In this document: positions 1-14,358 of the stretch, piece by piece | How positions within the stretch are numbered: position 1 is the stretch's first letter | Layout of the letters: every line of letters starts with the position of its first letter | NCBI GenBank assembly: GCA_964247055.1 | Contig: OZ176053.1 | Span: 2,294,001-2,358,000, forward strand | Length of the DNA stretch: 64,000 bases | Direction of reading: 5' to 3' | Source of the DNA: Paragordius varius | Lineage: Eukaryota; Animalia; Nematomorpha | Made by a program: the position numbers and the translations under genes | Notes under the pieces: model-generated | Told to the model about the DNA's origin: nothing | What the model saw: the letters and a program-made list of their open reading frames with translations, nothing else | Database searches by the model: none

Positions 1-175
1 TAAATCTAAGAATAAAATCTAATCACATTTTGAATTAAAGCATTCGTAACATCTAGCTTCTTTATAAAACCCACAATGGATTTGAGGTATTACTGTTCTT
101 AATCTATTTATTTAAGATATTTTCTTTAAGTTACAATTTAAGTGTTTTCCCAAAACCTTATGAGTACTATTATTA

Positions 176-508
176 TTAATTTAATAAATTACATTTATAT
201 ATGAAATAATTTTTGAATGTAATTTTTCTTTTGCGGATATTTGTAATTTCATAAATATACTAACTATCATTACATTTCAATAAAAATTTTCTAAAATATT
301 AATAATTAATTCAGTATTTGCCTCAGTATATTAAATCTAATATTATATATTTAATAAATTATATATATGAAATAATTTTTTAAATTTTATTTTTCTTTTG
401 CGGTTATATATTTGGAATTTCATAAATATACTAACAATTATTACATTTCAATAAAAATTTTCTAAAATAATAATAATTTAATTCACTATTTGCCTCAGTA
501 TATTAAAT
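176..508. repeat. Tandem duplication of a ~170-bp AT-rich unit
   Basis: Two copies (~176-338 and ~348-508) of TTAATAAATT...TTTTCTTTTGCGG...CATTTCAATAAAAATTTTCTAAAATA...TTTGCCTCAGTATATTAAAT. Confidence 0.8.
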
Positions 509-1471
509 ATGACCAATTATTTTATACCTCATTAATATTGAAAAGATGCAAACGTGATATTTTTAGCCAACGTTAAAAAATAATTATCTTAAAAATTTTT
601 ACCTCCCAAAATTATGTTTAAAATCTTTTGATTGATCTAAAACGCGATTAAAATATCTATTATTACTTCCAGTCGAATTTGGGTAGCTGGTGACGACAGA
701 TTATATTTAACTCCATTACATTTTGGGGTAGTTTTATATCTATGAGCGACTTAAAATACTATCTTAAATTGTATGTAACTTAGTAAGCCGAATTTAAAAA
801 ATGTTTTTTTAAATCTTTTAGGCGCATTACACAGCGTATAAAATCGGGTATCATGAAAAATCTGGATAATATTCTATCGAAAAATTTGTCAGGATTATGA
901 CGGTGCTCTTGGTTTTGCTTCTTACGAGTGGTATAAGAAAGTTATTAACACTTTTGTGCTTGCTCCATATCGGAAAATGGCAAAATTTGACCACAGTGCA
1001 TAACTTTTTGATGAAAGTTTAATGCTTCATTCCAAAAAATATCATTAAAAATAATCCTTTATTTTATTTTGAGATGGGGCTCCGAAAGTCTCTAATATTT
1101 TTTTTCCTTCTAAAACAGTTTCCATTTGTTTCATAATATAAAAGTTTGATTTTAAACAGGCATGGATTCCCAAAAACACCTATTTGAATCGGAGGACTGA
1201 AATGAATGTTTTGCTAGTGTTAAGGTACAAGGCCCAATTTAACACTTCGTAAATTGGGGTATCTAAACACCCTAGACTATATTTAAGTTAGGATTTTTAA
1301 AAAACTACTGAATGAACGGTCCCAATTTAAATTTATGTTTTTATTCTAATAAAAATTATATAAATATTCCAAAATATCTAAATAAAATTTTGTTTTGAAA
1401 AAAAAGCTCCATGTCCTACTACTTCGACACCATTTTGATTTTACAAAATCTTTGCAAAATATCGTCTTCAT

Positions 1472-2057
1472 TTAACACTTGGATACAACACACTCATTTA
1501 AGTCCTTCGATTCAAATTGGGGTAGTTTGATACCCCAGGCCTGTTTAAAATCAAATACTTTAAAAAGTATAGAAGGAATCGAAACCATGGTAAAATTTTG
1601 CACTTATATAACATTAATAAACCGAAATATATAAAATAATTTATTCAAAAATACTTGATATTACTTATTATGAGCTAAAACCGAAAGGTAAAAATTTCGT
1701 CAACGTGATATGTGTCAAATTTTAAAATTAAAAAATAATACAAAATAAACCGCTTTTTCTATTTCTATCAATATTAGATGTAATTTATATAAAAACATAG
1801 CTTTAGTTTAACACTTAAAATTAAATGAAGACGATATTTTGCAAAAATTTTGTAAAATAAAAATGGCGTCGAAGTTTGAGATGGAACTTTTTTTCAAAGC
1901 AAAATTTTATCAAGATATTTTGGCATATTTATATAATATTTATCAGGATAGAAGCATAAATTTAAATTGGGACTGTTTCCTTCCGTAGTTTTTTAAAAAT
2001 TTTAATTTAAATTTAGTCTGGGGTATTTAGATACCCCAATTTGAATCGAAGTGTTAA
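1472..2057. mobile_element. TTAA-bounded (piggyBac-like) ~585-bp non-autonomous element
   Basis: TTAA|CACTT...AAGTG|TTAA. A reverse-complement copy lies at 39580-40162 (PRMT5 intron 13); partial copies flank this one at ~1130-1470 and ~2070-2392. Confidence 0.7.
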
Positions 2058-4445
2058 TTAGGGTAATATTAAAACTAATTTTTTATTTAAATTACATCTA
2101 ACATTGATAGGAATAGAAAAAGCATTTTATTTTGTATTATTTTTCATTTTTACCATTGGACACATGTCACGTTGACTAAATTTTTATCTTTCAGTTTTAG
2201 CTTAAAATAAGTAATATGTAGTATATTAAATAAACTTATTTATGTATTTCGATTAATCAATGTTATATAAGTGCAAAATTTAGCCATAATTTCGATTCCT
2301 TCCATATTTTTGAAAAAATTTAATATTAAACAGGCCTGGGGTACAATTTGAATCAAAAGATTAAAATGAATGTGTTGTATCCAAGTGTTAAATATATGTT
2401 TTTTTAGCTTTTAAGTCACATGATCAAAATTAAAATGTAAAATGCAAAAAAACCTCATTTATAATTTTTCACAATCATTTTTTTCTTTAAATTTTTTGAA
2501 ATCGCAAAACAATAGGCTGGTAAGTGTATTTTGTGGATAGAAAAGGCAAATAATAAACTTAAGGCTACATTTGAACAGCAAAAACTAATAATAGTTTTTA
2601 ATAGCTGTTTTCAATCGTGTTAAGATGTCCCATTTTAAGATCGAACAGTAGTATATGCTGTCAAACACATTTCCTGATATTTATACCCAAAAAAACTTCA
2701 GGACCATTCAACGGCATTACCAAGTCTTGGATTCCGTTTTATTTTGGTACATTAATATTATTAATGTGTATTTTGCAATGATTATAATGATATCATTTCA
2801 ATATTTGATTTTAATACTTTATGACTTTTCGGGGTATATATACAAGAGCTGCTTAAAATTAATTTAAATATCTTAATAATATAATTTTATTATTGGAATA
2901 TGGAAAATTTGCTTTCTTTAGCATTTAAGACGCATATAAAAATATTGAAAAAACCTAAATTTGTAATTCATATTTCAAACCTTTTTTCTCAAAATTTAAA
3001 AAATCAATAATGCAACAGTAAAATATAAATATTATGCTTACACCATTAATTTTTCACTTTTTGCCTTTTGGGGTAGTTTTATAACGCAGATTCAATTTTT
3101 TAAAAATTGATATGAAAGTATTTTAGATAACATTTAATTTATCAAATTCTCATGTATTAAATAAAAAAGCTCATATTTATTACTTTTGTGAAATCTAGAG
3201 TACAAAATTGGCACTCCAAAACATGATTGAAACGAACAACTGATATTAAAAAATATATCAAGTTGTTATGCTGATAAAATGTAGCCTGAAAGTTTTTATA
3301 GCCAATTATTTCACTTTCTAACCTTTCCTGTTGATCAGCGATTAAAAAAAATTATAAAAAATTGGCGGCAAAAAAGTTTAAGAGTTTTTACAATTTAACT
3401 TTTTAATGAAAAAATTTTCTGCAAAATACGCCTAAAAGACGAAAGAATGCTTATTTATAAATTCGGCTTGATACCTTAAATGCTTTTTAAGATATATTAA
3501 AAATCCTCTGAAATATATTACCCCAAAAGGTAACGGTCTGTTAAAAATCTTCACTTCATTGCTTGTTTACTTATTTGTTCGGGATAAGATATTGGGGTAG
3601 TTTAATATCCCAGAGCTGGATCTTGTAAATAAAACACTCTTTTGATATTTCATTTAAGTTGATTATCAAACATAATTATGTATTAGAAAAAGCATATTTT
3701 CTTTATAGGTTTGTAACTTCCAGACTCTAAAATTGAGACAGCTCCAAAAAAACATTAAATTTAATCAATAAATATCAAGTTTTTGCTGGTAAAATGTAAC
3801 CTGAATAAATAAATTTTTTAAAAAAAAACATTTAACTTCATAAGATGCGTAAATTGTGCAATATAAAGACACAAAAAGTAAATTTTTTTAGAAATCACTA
3901 GTAACCCACAAAGCCAAAAGCATCATCGGAGTCAAGATGCATTTTTTTATCAAAAAATACACATTTTCAATTTTCACGAAACCCTCTAGAAGAAACTATA
4001 AGCCGTGAATTTTTAACCTTTTCCAAGTAAAAAGACACATGTAAATTTATATATAATATTCGATAAAAAAATTGGTCGATATTATATTTTATGGGCATAA
4101 ATACATTTCAATCATTTTTGTGGTGTGAAATAATAAGCATGCGATAAATATGTTAGAATGTATAGAGAGAATATTTTTAAGTAGTGGCGAAATCAATGGG
4201 GAATAAAGGATGAGAGCATAATTAGTATATATATAAATCTATGTATAAAATAGGTGAAAATATTAAATTTTTTAGAAATTATCAATAAAAATTAAAAAAT
4301 TATACAAGTTTTCTTTATGATAAAAGTATTGATAGTTGCATTTTTTGAAAAAAAATAGAGCGAAATGCAAAAAAAAGATAAAATAAAAAAAATGTGTAAA
4401 AAATAATAAGATCTGGAATTACGAATAGATTGTAATGAGATGATA

Positions 4446-4479
<34 letters not shown>

Positions 4480-5681
4480 ATATTATATAGATATTAACGA
4501 TAATGCTTTTGTTTAACCTCTAAAATTAATTTTTAAACAATGAAAAATACAAAATGCCATATATAATTACCAATAAATATGTGTTAATAAAGTATGAAAA
4601 GACAAGTGAAAAATTTTGAGAGGTTATTTTGTTATAATTTGCCAAAGTAATTTAAAAACAAATTAAATAGAAAAAACAAAGTCAATTTTAAACAAAATCG
4701 GATCGTTAGTTTTAGCTCAAGTTTTAGTTTAGGGTATCGATATTATCGCATAATTAAAGGAGTGAAGCACCTCTATATATATATCCAAATTTGATAAATC
4801 AATTTACAAAAATTAATTTTCGTTTTGGTAGCTCAAAAAAAACACGCTAGGAATTATACAATTTCCATATATGAAGAAATATGTTTTTTTAAGCATTTTC
4901 AATTCCATTGTTCCATTCCGGCATCTGGGATTCTAGATGTTAAATGGCTCCCAACCGTCAAAGGTGATATTTTCCCATTACTTTTACCATAACTATTATA
5001 AAATATAATATAAACATTTAAAAAAAGCCAAGAATTTTAATTTTTAATCCAAATTACAAATTAACATAATTGAAATAATTCATAATATATAATTTAATTT
5101 TATTAGGCTTAACTAAATGGTAAAACGTCTTTCAACAATGCGCAAGAGCCAAAAAATTCTTAAGATTCTAAATTTTATAATAACTACAAAATCGAAAATC
5201 ATTTTAAATACCAAAATTAGTACTTTCGCTTCTGAACCCTGGTTATTTTACAGTAAAAATGCAAATTATATAGACAAAACGTTAAAACCAAAACACGATC
5301 ATTTTTTTAACAACTTACATTTTTTTACGATCCTAAATAATTCCTAATAAATATAAATAATTACAATTTTAAAAAATTTAATTGAATGTGTTATCAACAA
5401 TTTATATCTCTGTGGTCCTTATTTTACAGCCCAGAAAACAAATAGTTAAACTTTAAAGTCCATGATTAAATAGTATGGTATTTTTAAATTTTTTTATTAG
5501 TTATTGCGTTGTTTCACAATCTTCCATTCAAAATTTTTACCGTTATATTTTCGATATGTTTTAGAGGGGTCTTTTTTATCCAAAACTTTCCACATTTTTA
5601 GGGCGCTCTCAAAAAAAGAAATTCTTAAAATATGTTATGTAAAGTTATCTTTTCATTATCTTATTATTTGTTTTAGTTAAT

Positions 5682-8600
5682 CTATTGAAAAAAGATACTA
5701 CTATGTATATCAAAAATTTTTGGTTTAATGTAATAAATTTTACGGGAATTCAAATTATTATTTAACATAAAATATTCATTCCCGTTCACATGATCAAAGA
5801 AAGGTAAAAAGAATAAGCACCTATTAGGTGGACCCAAAGATCTATTGGACGAAGGTGATGATGAAGTTGAACCAACAAAATGATTATTATTGTTAACGGA
5901 GTTAACATTTGTATTGTGATGATATAGTGTGGTAGAATTGTTTGAATTATAATCCCCAATTCCTAACCCGCTATTTCTATTTAGACTGTTGTTTGTAAAA
6001 TTGTGATTATTATCAGTGTTGTTTTGTAAGAGAAAATGTTTAACATCATCAGGGATACTTAGGGTATAGGTTGGTTGTTCAAGGGCCTCTTGTGCCCTAG
6101 GACTTCCAATGTAATCTGATTTAGCTTTCCCCCGATAATTTGCAATAATGTCCTACACATTTATGAAAGGAAATAGAATGCTTCATTTGCAAAATTATAT
6201 ATATATATATATAATAGGTATTGTGTCATTTTAAATATCATATTCAGTATTATTATAAAAAGGAGATCTAAAACACCCGCAAATAAAAGAATGGTAAGTT
6301 ATATTCAATGTCAACGATTGATAATTAAAAAAATATTTAGTAAATGTGCCTAATGATCAACATGAGCTATTATTAAAAAGCGGTATTTAAACTTAAAGCT
6401 TTTTTTAAATGAAATGAATATTATGACTTTATAAATTTGGCGACGAAACAATGGTGGTTTTGCAATTGGAATATCGTAAAAAACAAAAACCCAAAATGAA
6501 TTTATTTACAAAGTATAATAATATAATCGCCATGAAGATCTTTAATAAAATTCATATTTTTTCAAAAATTTGAATCATAAAAACAATGTTATCAAGCTAA
6601 AAAAGTTACACGAATGCCCCAAAAAAGTTTATTATTATAAGGAAATTGAGATAAAAGTTTGTTTACTTAGTCAAAAATATTAACAGTAATATCACACATA
6701 TATTTAATCAAATATAATTTAAACTATATAAGGGATAATTACTATATTTAGTTCACAAAAATTATAACATATTACCCCTTCAAAAACAAACACACCCCAC
6801 CCCCACCCAATTCAAAAATGAAATACTGAAATATAACTATAAAAATATCAAAATAAAGTTACATAAAAAAACCAAAAACCACAAAATTAAAAGTTATTAT
6901 AAACACCAAAAATCATCACCAAACCGAACTAAAATCCCTAATTTTGAGTTAATTAAATACTTGATCAGCGGGACACGTTTCTCGGAATGCATCAAGTCTA
7001 TACATATTTTCCATGTACGTCCAAAGAGCGGAAAACGCTTTGGGAATCTCAAAATGTTTATAAGCTTTACCCGCCACACGGATATGTTGAAGTTTTGGCA
7101 TTAATTCACAATCATAGATGGATAAATGATCACCGCACAAGTATGTTGTACCTCCCTTTATAATAAATGAAATGCAAAAAATGGGAAAGATATATATATA
7201 TATATATAGATGGTGTATAAAATTAAAATACTGTAGCGCATTATTTTATGTTATGTGTGTAATTACTTTGAAAGAAATTTAAAATTTTAGCTCTTAAAAA
7301 CTTTATTTTCAAGAGCTTAAACATTAAAGCTTAGTTATTGAGACAATTTAGTTCATTTAATACAAACTAAAAATAATTTTAGTGTAGTGTTTATAGGTTT
7401 ATTTTTTTGCAAGAGGTTTAAAATTTTGGTAAAATACCTTTTTTAAAAAAAAATTGTTTGGGATTTTAAATATTAGTGACTCATTCAAAATCAAAATATA
7501 TTTTATCACAAATGGGAATTAGCCTAGCCCAGAAACAATTTATTTTTTTTAACAAGACTGACATCTTTAAGATTAAATATAAAAAAGGTATAAAACATAT
7601 AAAATTACTCGTAAAACTAAAATGGCATAAAATTATAAAAAAAAGGCTAATAATTTTTTGGAAAAAGCAATAAACATCCACCTAATAGAATATCTTATTA
7701 ACATTGTAGATATGGAATTTTATCTGAATATCGATCGCATTCAAGGTCATACACCAAATTTTATCATTTCAAATAAAAAGATATATATATTATTTGAGTT
7801 GTAAGATTAAATTTAAATATGCTAAATTGTGTATTTCAAATAAAAAAATATTAATATTTTATCAAATTAGGGTAAAATTTAAAATATCTAAGTAAAACCA
7901 AAAGAAATCGATATTAATTTAATTATAAGGTGAAATTATTATAACACCACAACAGTTATTATTGGTGGACATAAAATGCGCTAATTTTCCAAAGAATCTA
8001 TTTTTTTATTTAATGCCAGGGGTCCAAACAAAATTTTAAATGTTCCTTAAAAACTTTCTCAATAAAATTATTCCATATTACTTACTATTATGACCAGCTT
8101 AAATTATTAATTATTAAATATTCATTATTAACCCTATATACATTTTGTACTTATAGAGATATAAAAAAATATATTTTTTTCACGAAAAACTTATTTAAAA
8201 AATTATAAACATACTCCCTCACAAAAAGACATTTGACCATACTTAAAGAAAATTACATTGCTAGTTTTTTCATTATTTATTGCCAGATATCATTTAAAGT
8301 AAAATTTAAATTTATTTTTGCATTTTTTTCTTTACTATAAATGCTAACCGGCAATATTTTATTCAATGGATGTTGTACAGTAGAGTATGGAATAAAACTA
8401 ACAAATGTTTAGGATTAAACATATACTTACCATTTCCCCCTATATCTCTTGTACATTTATATGTGGACAAACTTTGTTTTATACCATATGCCTTTTGTAT
8501 ACTTTAGACTTATACTTCAAACTGTAAAATTTAAAACTATCACTCCAATTGAATAACTTAATAAATTCTCATAGTACAATTTAAATTAAAATTATATTAC

Positions 8601-8903
8601 TTGATGAGCCAAGTGATTGTTTATGGTGGATAATTCGGTTAACAAAGATTTTTCAGCTCTCTGTTCACTTTCATCCGTATTGGCGGCTAGGTAATGATTG
8701 AATTTCTATCACACACAAAACACACGTAAAAAAATTAATTTTCATTTTAAAACTTTATAAAAAGTTTAAAAAGTCGCATTAAACGCTTGCATTAACCTTC
8801 AATTTAAACATTTTTATGAAACAATGTGTGACACATAATTTAACGTAGATATGTCTAATAAAACGAATAAAAAAACGTATAAGGAAGTAACAGAAGATTA
8901 TGT

Positions 8904-8946
<43 letters not shown>

Positions 8947-10415
8947 TAAAAGTTAAATTTAATTTTATTCTTTACAATAAAAACAAAAAAGAAAAAAACT
9001 ATAAAATAATTTTTTTGTTGTTAATACACAAAAGTTGAAAAACGTGGTTTATTAAAATATTGATATATATCAATATAACATTATTAGAAAATAGTTATAC
9101 TGGAATTAAGCAATACAAAGTATGATTATATCAATTCTTAATCTTGTTAATTAATCGCAACTACCGAATCTGGCCTATAATGTAAAAATCAATCAAGTAA
9201 AAACGTAGCAAAGTATAATCAATGTGGTAAGAATATGTGAGAAATATTTCAAAATAGCAAAAATTAAAACTATGTATTAAGCGATTGAACTCGAAATATC
9301 GATAAAAACAAGAAACAAATAAACATGGTTAAGAATGGGTGAAACCGCTAAAATAAGAAAAAAATGCAAAATTAAGTTGCCATAATTAAAGTCAAATATT
9401 GTAGATTTTTTAAAGCTTAATTTCTGGTATATTAATGGATTTTGAAAATCTAACCCTTAATTATTTAAATTAATGGATTTTATCATATAAAATCCATTTT
9501 AATTAGAATAAGGTTTTGGTCCTAATTCAACAATATGCATTTTAATTTTTCGAGAGTTGCATGGTTTAAAAAAATTTGAATTATAATCATCAATTTTTCC
9601 CGTATTTTTTAACTTTAAATATTAAAATTAGCCATTTAATGGTTGCTTATTTCACACTATAGTTGGTCAATTTGCAACACAGTAGTGTATGGAAAAAACA
9701 ACAAAATATTGAATAAAATACACAAAGTAATGTAAGAAAGGAAATAATCGTTTAATTAATTTATTTTTTCAATACACTACTGTATTGCAAATTGACCAAT
9801 TATAATGTGAATTAAACAACCATATTTTTCTTTGGGTAAAAATGGCAATAACTTTAAGATTCTTTCAAATTCCATTTTACAACAACAAATTTTGGATTAT
9901 TGATTTCTGAAATCAGCTGTTTGTTATAATCGGAAATTTAAACTATGCCCAATTTTGTACTGTACTCATTTAAAAAATAAGCTTTATTTACTAACATAAA
10001 AGAATATTGCTTGACAATTAAATATTAAATATTAAATTATAATCAATCATTAGCCATACAAAATTACGCCAATCTATGATTGGTTAATTATAAAAATATA
10101 GCAATAAACTTAATTGAAACACTATATTCGTCAATTTTAATCATGTAAAAGGTATGTGTTGTACATTTGATTATGCAATAAATTCAAAAGGCAGCAAGGA
10201 GATTAATATATGAAGAGCGCATTTATATAATATCTATTCTTAATACAATTAGTATGAATTTTGGCAATCTGGATATATTTGTATATATGGATAATATCTT
10301 TACTTATGAAATGCAAAATGAAATTCTAGTTATTAGTCAGGAGTTGTGCAAAAAGTCAACAAAAAATGTACTTAAAATACTTACATGTATAACAATTGAC
10401 ATTTGTATGACAAAA

Positions 10416-10446
<31 letters not shown>

Positions 10447-11402
10447 GTATTATGTAGAATGAGAAAAATACGACAAAAATATTTTTTTCCATTCTAATGT
10501 CTATTACAATTATAAGTAAAAGTAAAAAAAAGTAAAAGGGATATTTTGCTAAAATAATAAATATATAGTAAAAAAAATTAAATCTCGAAAATTTTGCATA
10601 TATATATCTGCAAACCTATACAGATATACGATGGTTAATTACATATATTTGCAGAAGCTTTATAAGAAAAATTGAAATGAAAAATAAGAAAAAAAACTGT
10701 TAATCTGCGTTAGAACATCAACGTAAAAGTTAAATGACTAAATTATAATTATTTGATCTTGCCAATATAAAATATAAACGATTAAAAAATGTTTGGTGAA
10801 AGATAAAAAACACCGCCTATAAAATTTATGAAGTATAATAAATGGCTAATAAAAATATGTTACGTCTTTCGTTAAAAAATAAAATCAATTAAAAGATGGG
10901 GTAGTTTAATGTTTGATTCATATATAATGTATTAAACCATTTTAATCAAATAAAAATTAGTCAACAATGTCTAATTACTAAAAAAATTTGGCAAAGATAA
11001 TAAATTTGGCCTTAATGTTCAATATAAATATACCGAATAAACGTTTTCAATTTTCTTTTTGACAAGGTTATTGACGGCAAACATTTGAGGATCAGGAAAT
11101 TCTTCTCGTAAATGATCAAAGATTCGCTCCTCTGGCATTGCTACATCTTCGTTTAGTAAGATAGGGGGTTGACTGTGAGTTAGTTCTTTAATTTCTTTTG
11201 GGTATTGTTTCATATTTACAGTGGTAACTGTCAAGGCTAATTCATTGTTTTTGCTTTTTTGGTATAAAACCATAAACCATTTGTGACAAAAAATACAAGC
11301 CCCATTACGCACCCCATCAATAGTTGATGCCTATATTAATATTAATGATAATAATACTTTAATAAATAGTTCAATCTCAGGTTTTTTTCTATCGGCGTTC
11401 AT
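5682..11402 (-). CDS. CLIC: Chloride intracellular channel (CLIC/EXC-4 family, GST fold); 5 exons: 11402-11358, 11330-11034, 8705-8601, 7155-6961, 6152-5682
   Basis: Spliced translation MNADRKKPEIELFIK|ASTIDGVRNGACIFCHKWFM...ENVYS|KFNHYL...HQ|GGTTYLCGDHLSIYDCELMPKLQHIRVAG...CPADQ|DIIANY matches invertebrate CLIC motifs (ELxxKAS.IDG, CxxC, DCxLxPKLxHI, CPADQDII). All junctions are GT-AG, phase 0. Confidence 0.93.
9639..9823. repeat. ~185-bp foldback/palindromic MITE in CLIC intron 2
   Basis: ATGGTTGCTTATTTCACACTATAGTTGGTCAATTTGCAACACAGTAGTGTA pairs with TACACTACTGTATTGCAAATTGACCAATTATAATGTGAATTAAACAACCAT. A related degenerate copy lies at ~60700-60880. Confidence 0.7.
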
Positions 11403-11488
11403 CGTATCAAGTCGAATCAAAAAAATATACCATATGATAAAATAAATTATGCAATATTATCAACCATAACTCAGAAAAGACTCAAAGC

Positions 11489-14358
11489 ATGAACTCATCT
11501 GCCATGTTTGTATTTATATTTTTTGGTTACCTGTGTGTATTTCGTAATTTGGTAACAAGCTTAGACTCCCAATGTTCTACCCATCAAGACTGTTCATCTT
11601 GCTTGCAAAAACCCTTAAATACAAGTTTGTGCCATTTCAAAACGTGTAAATTTGGAGACAATGAGATTTTCACATGTAAGATTTCGTAATAATATGTAGC
11701 TTGTCTTTCAAGAGATGAAGACTGTCCTAAGAATAGTACTGTCGTTGGAACATTTTCTAACCACGATGATTGTATAATTTTTATTATAAATATATTTTAG
11801 GTTCAAATCTTCTTTTAAAAGGTTCCAATGACCTTGCAGGTAGTTTGTTAAATATATTATATTGTTTATTACACAAATTATGCAAAATCATTTTCAATAT
11901 ACAGCTTTAAAGTCGGTTTTAATCTTCCACTATTAACGCATTATTTTAGCTCACATCCAGTCATTTAATTGGTGTAGAACAATGAATACGTTGTCAATAA
12001 TCAAATTTATATCTATTCATTTATATATTTAACTTCCTATATTTTATAATTTTTTGCCCTACAAAATCGAATAGTTAATTAATCTAATTAGGTTGATACA
12101 TTAGAAATTGATTATTTTGGAAATAATTTATGTAAATTTTAGATACAACTCGATTTTGTATTAAGAGGCAGTACTCGATAATTTTTTTTATTTTTATGCG
12201 CTCATCATAGTGCTATTCCTTTTGACAAAATTTTCCCCATTCTTAATTAAACAAGCGCTTTTCAAATTTTAGGACACAGCAGTAATACCTTAGCAGCAGT
12301 GGCAATTAACGCGAATGGTACAAATACAACGACTCCTATTGTTCCAACTCCTACCACAAACAACGTCACCACTATAACCACGTTACCCCCGGCAACCACT
12401 AACGTTACCACGGCAACAACGTCGATATCACCTGCTACAAACACAACAACTAGTGCATCACCTAATACAACAACGACATCACCACATATTACCACAACGA
12501 GCAGTACATTGACCCCGGTGACAACAACGAATCACGTGACAAATGTCACGTCTCACATGACGACCGTGACGCCCACGAAGCAGACGACATCTCCAAATGG
12601 TACAACGATCACCCCTCATCCTTGGAAACCTTCTAAAAGGTATATATTTTTGTGTTGGTTATTTGTTTTTATGATTTGATAAACGGTTTAAACTCATGCT
12701 ATGGGGACAAGGGAAATATAGTGAAAATTTTGCATATTTTTGTCGGCTCTTATTGGGGAATAGTAAAGAGATAATTTATGTACCTATACGGATCTGCTAA
12801 AGGGCTATCTTGATTCTAATTTCGTTCAAATTTAAGGTTATTTTTTTAAGGGATTACAGAGAATACTTAATTAAAATTTTGTTGTTTAAAATGACGAGTG
12901 AATAAGGTAAAGGTACCATTCAATTAGAATGGGAATGATCTGTTAAAGTTTTTTAATTTTACATAATGCGCTTGTTTCATTAAAAAAAAAATTTTACCAA
13001 AATATCGGCATGGTTTTGTATTTAAGCCAACCATTTATTTGCAGTGTATAATATATTTTGCTATTTGTGTATAATTGGGTTTTAATACTAAAATTTCAAT
13101 TATACCGAAATTATGGAAACGGAACCAATCTTTTATAAAAAATATATTCTGGAAACTGTTTATAAAAAATGTCCACAGGTATTGGACCTAGAATTATGTC
13201 CGAATTGTGATTATTTTAGAATCAAAATAATATGTGGATCGATAAATAAGTATTAAATGATTTTATTTTATCAAATTAAATTTATGGTTTTTATTTAACC
13301 TGATTCTGCTATCTATATTATTTTTAATTAAAATTTAGGGTGTCCAACGCGGTTCGCGAGCCATTTGAAAAAATATCGACCAAATTTAAAATTTTATAAT
13401 TAAAAAATTTTGCACAAAACCCAACTAAAGAATCGACGATATATTTTTAACAAATTTTCAATACACGCTTTTGCGAATTTCGGCAACAATGAAGTAGCAA
13501 AAATTGTTTAAATAAATAAGTTATATTAAACAGTCCTATGTTTGAAATTTAGTAGAAATATTTATGCCCTGATAAAATGGGTTCACCGGATTTTACAGGT
13601 TTGAAATGCGGACCGCTAAGCCATTTACGTTGGATACTCCTTTCTAAATTAACACTTCACGTTAGTAAAATTATCCTGTACTTGTGCAATTATTTGTGTA
13701 ATTAAACCTATATAAGAAAAAATTTAGAGTTTTTTCTTATTTTTTTCGTTTTAGGATTTTATTATTTGAAAAATTATAATTCATATTTATTTATATCCGT
13801 ACCTGAATTCTAAAATTTAAGTAAAACAAAATATAGTTGAAAGTTTATATATATATATTATTTCAAATCAGTTAATTTTATTAAGTTTTATATAAATAAT
13901 ATTTTTGAACTCTAATATTATTTTTTTATATTTTTACACAATCTTTGATTTTAAAATTGCAATCAATAATCTAAAAGATTTTCTATTTATTTTTACCATA
14001 TTCCCCTTTGTAAAACTTGGTTTTTACTCTTAAACTTTTGAATTTAACCAAAAAAACTAGTGTTTGCTTATGGCTTAAATGAAATTTTAAGCATAATCCT
14101 AATTTGTACATCTAATCCATTTTTATAGTGGAATGAAAATGTATTACGATAAGTTTTAAATATTTAAGGGTGTGGTGTAGGTATAGCCAGTATTTGTAAT
14201 TAAGACTTTATCAGATATAACTTTTATATTATGCCAATATTAGAACATTTAGTCCATCATCTTTCTTTGGTGGTATGTTAACAATGGGCTGCTTCATGAT
14301 TGTTGGATATTTCGCTATGAATTATTACCGAAACTCTCATCGATATCGCCAATTTTAA
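11489..14358 (+). CDS. CD164/porimin (TMEM123)-like sialomucin; 5 exons: 11489-11675, 11700-11771, 11801-11839, 12273-12639, 14244-14358
   Basis: Signal peptide, Cys-rich domain (CSTHQDCSSCL...C), Thr-rich mucin exon with many N-x-S/T sites, then last exon RTFSPSSFFGGMLTMGCFMIVGYFAMNYYRNSHRYRQF*. This matches the CD164-family FDxxSFIGG-TM segment and ends in a YxxPhi motif (YRQF). Confidence 0.85.

Noticed and set aside
5785-5883. Plus-strand mini exon GPKDLLDEGDDEVEPTK* after a 24-nt GT-AG segment
   Set aside because: It is antisense to the open CLIC tail and I found no upstream exons for it.
8422-8440. ATACTTACC resembling the U1 snRNA 5' end
   Set aside because: Nothing U1-like follows; it is the complement of a donor-like GGTAAGTAT on the minus strand.
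12262-12495. Val-rich minus-strand ORF resembling a membrane protein
   Set aside because: Antisense of the Thr-rich mucin exon (ACN codons read as GTN).
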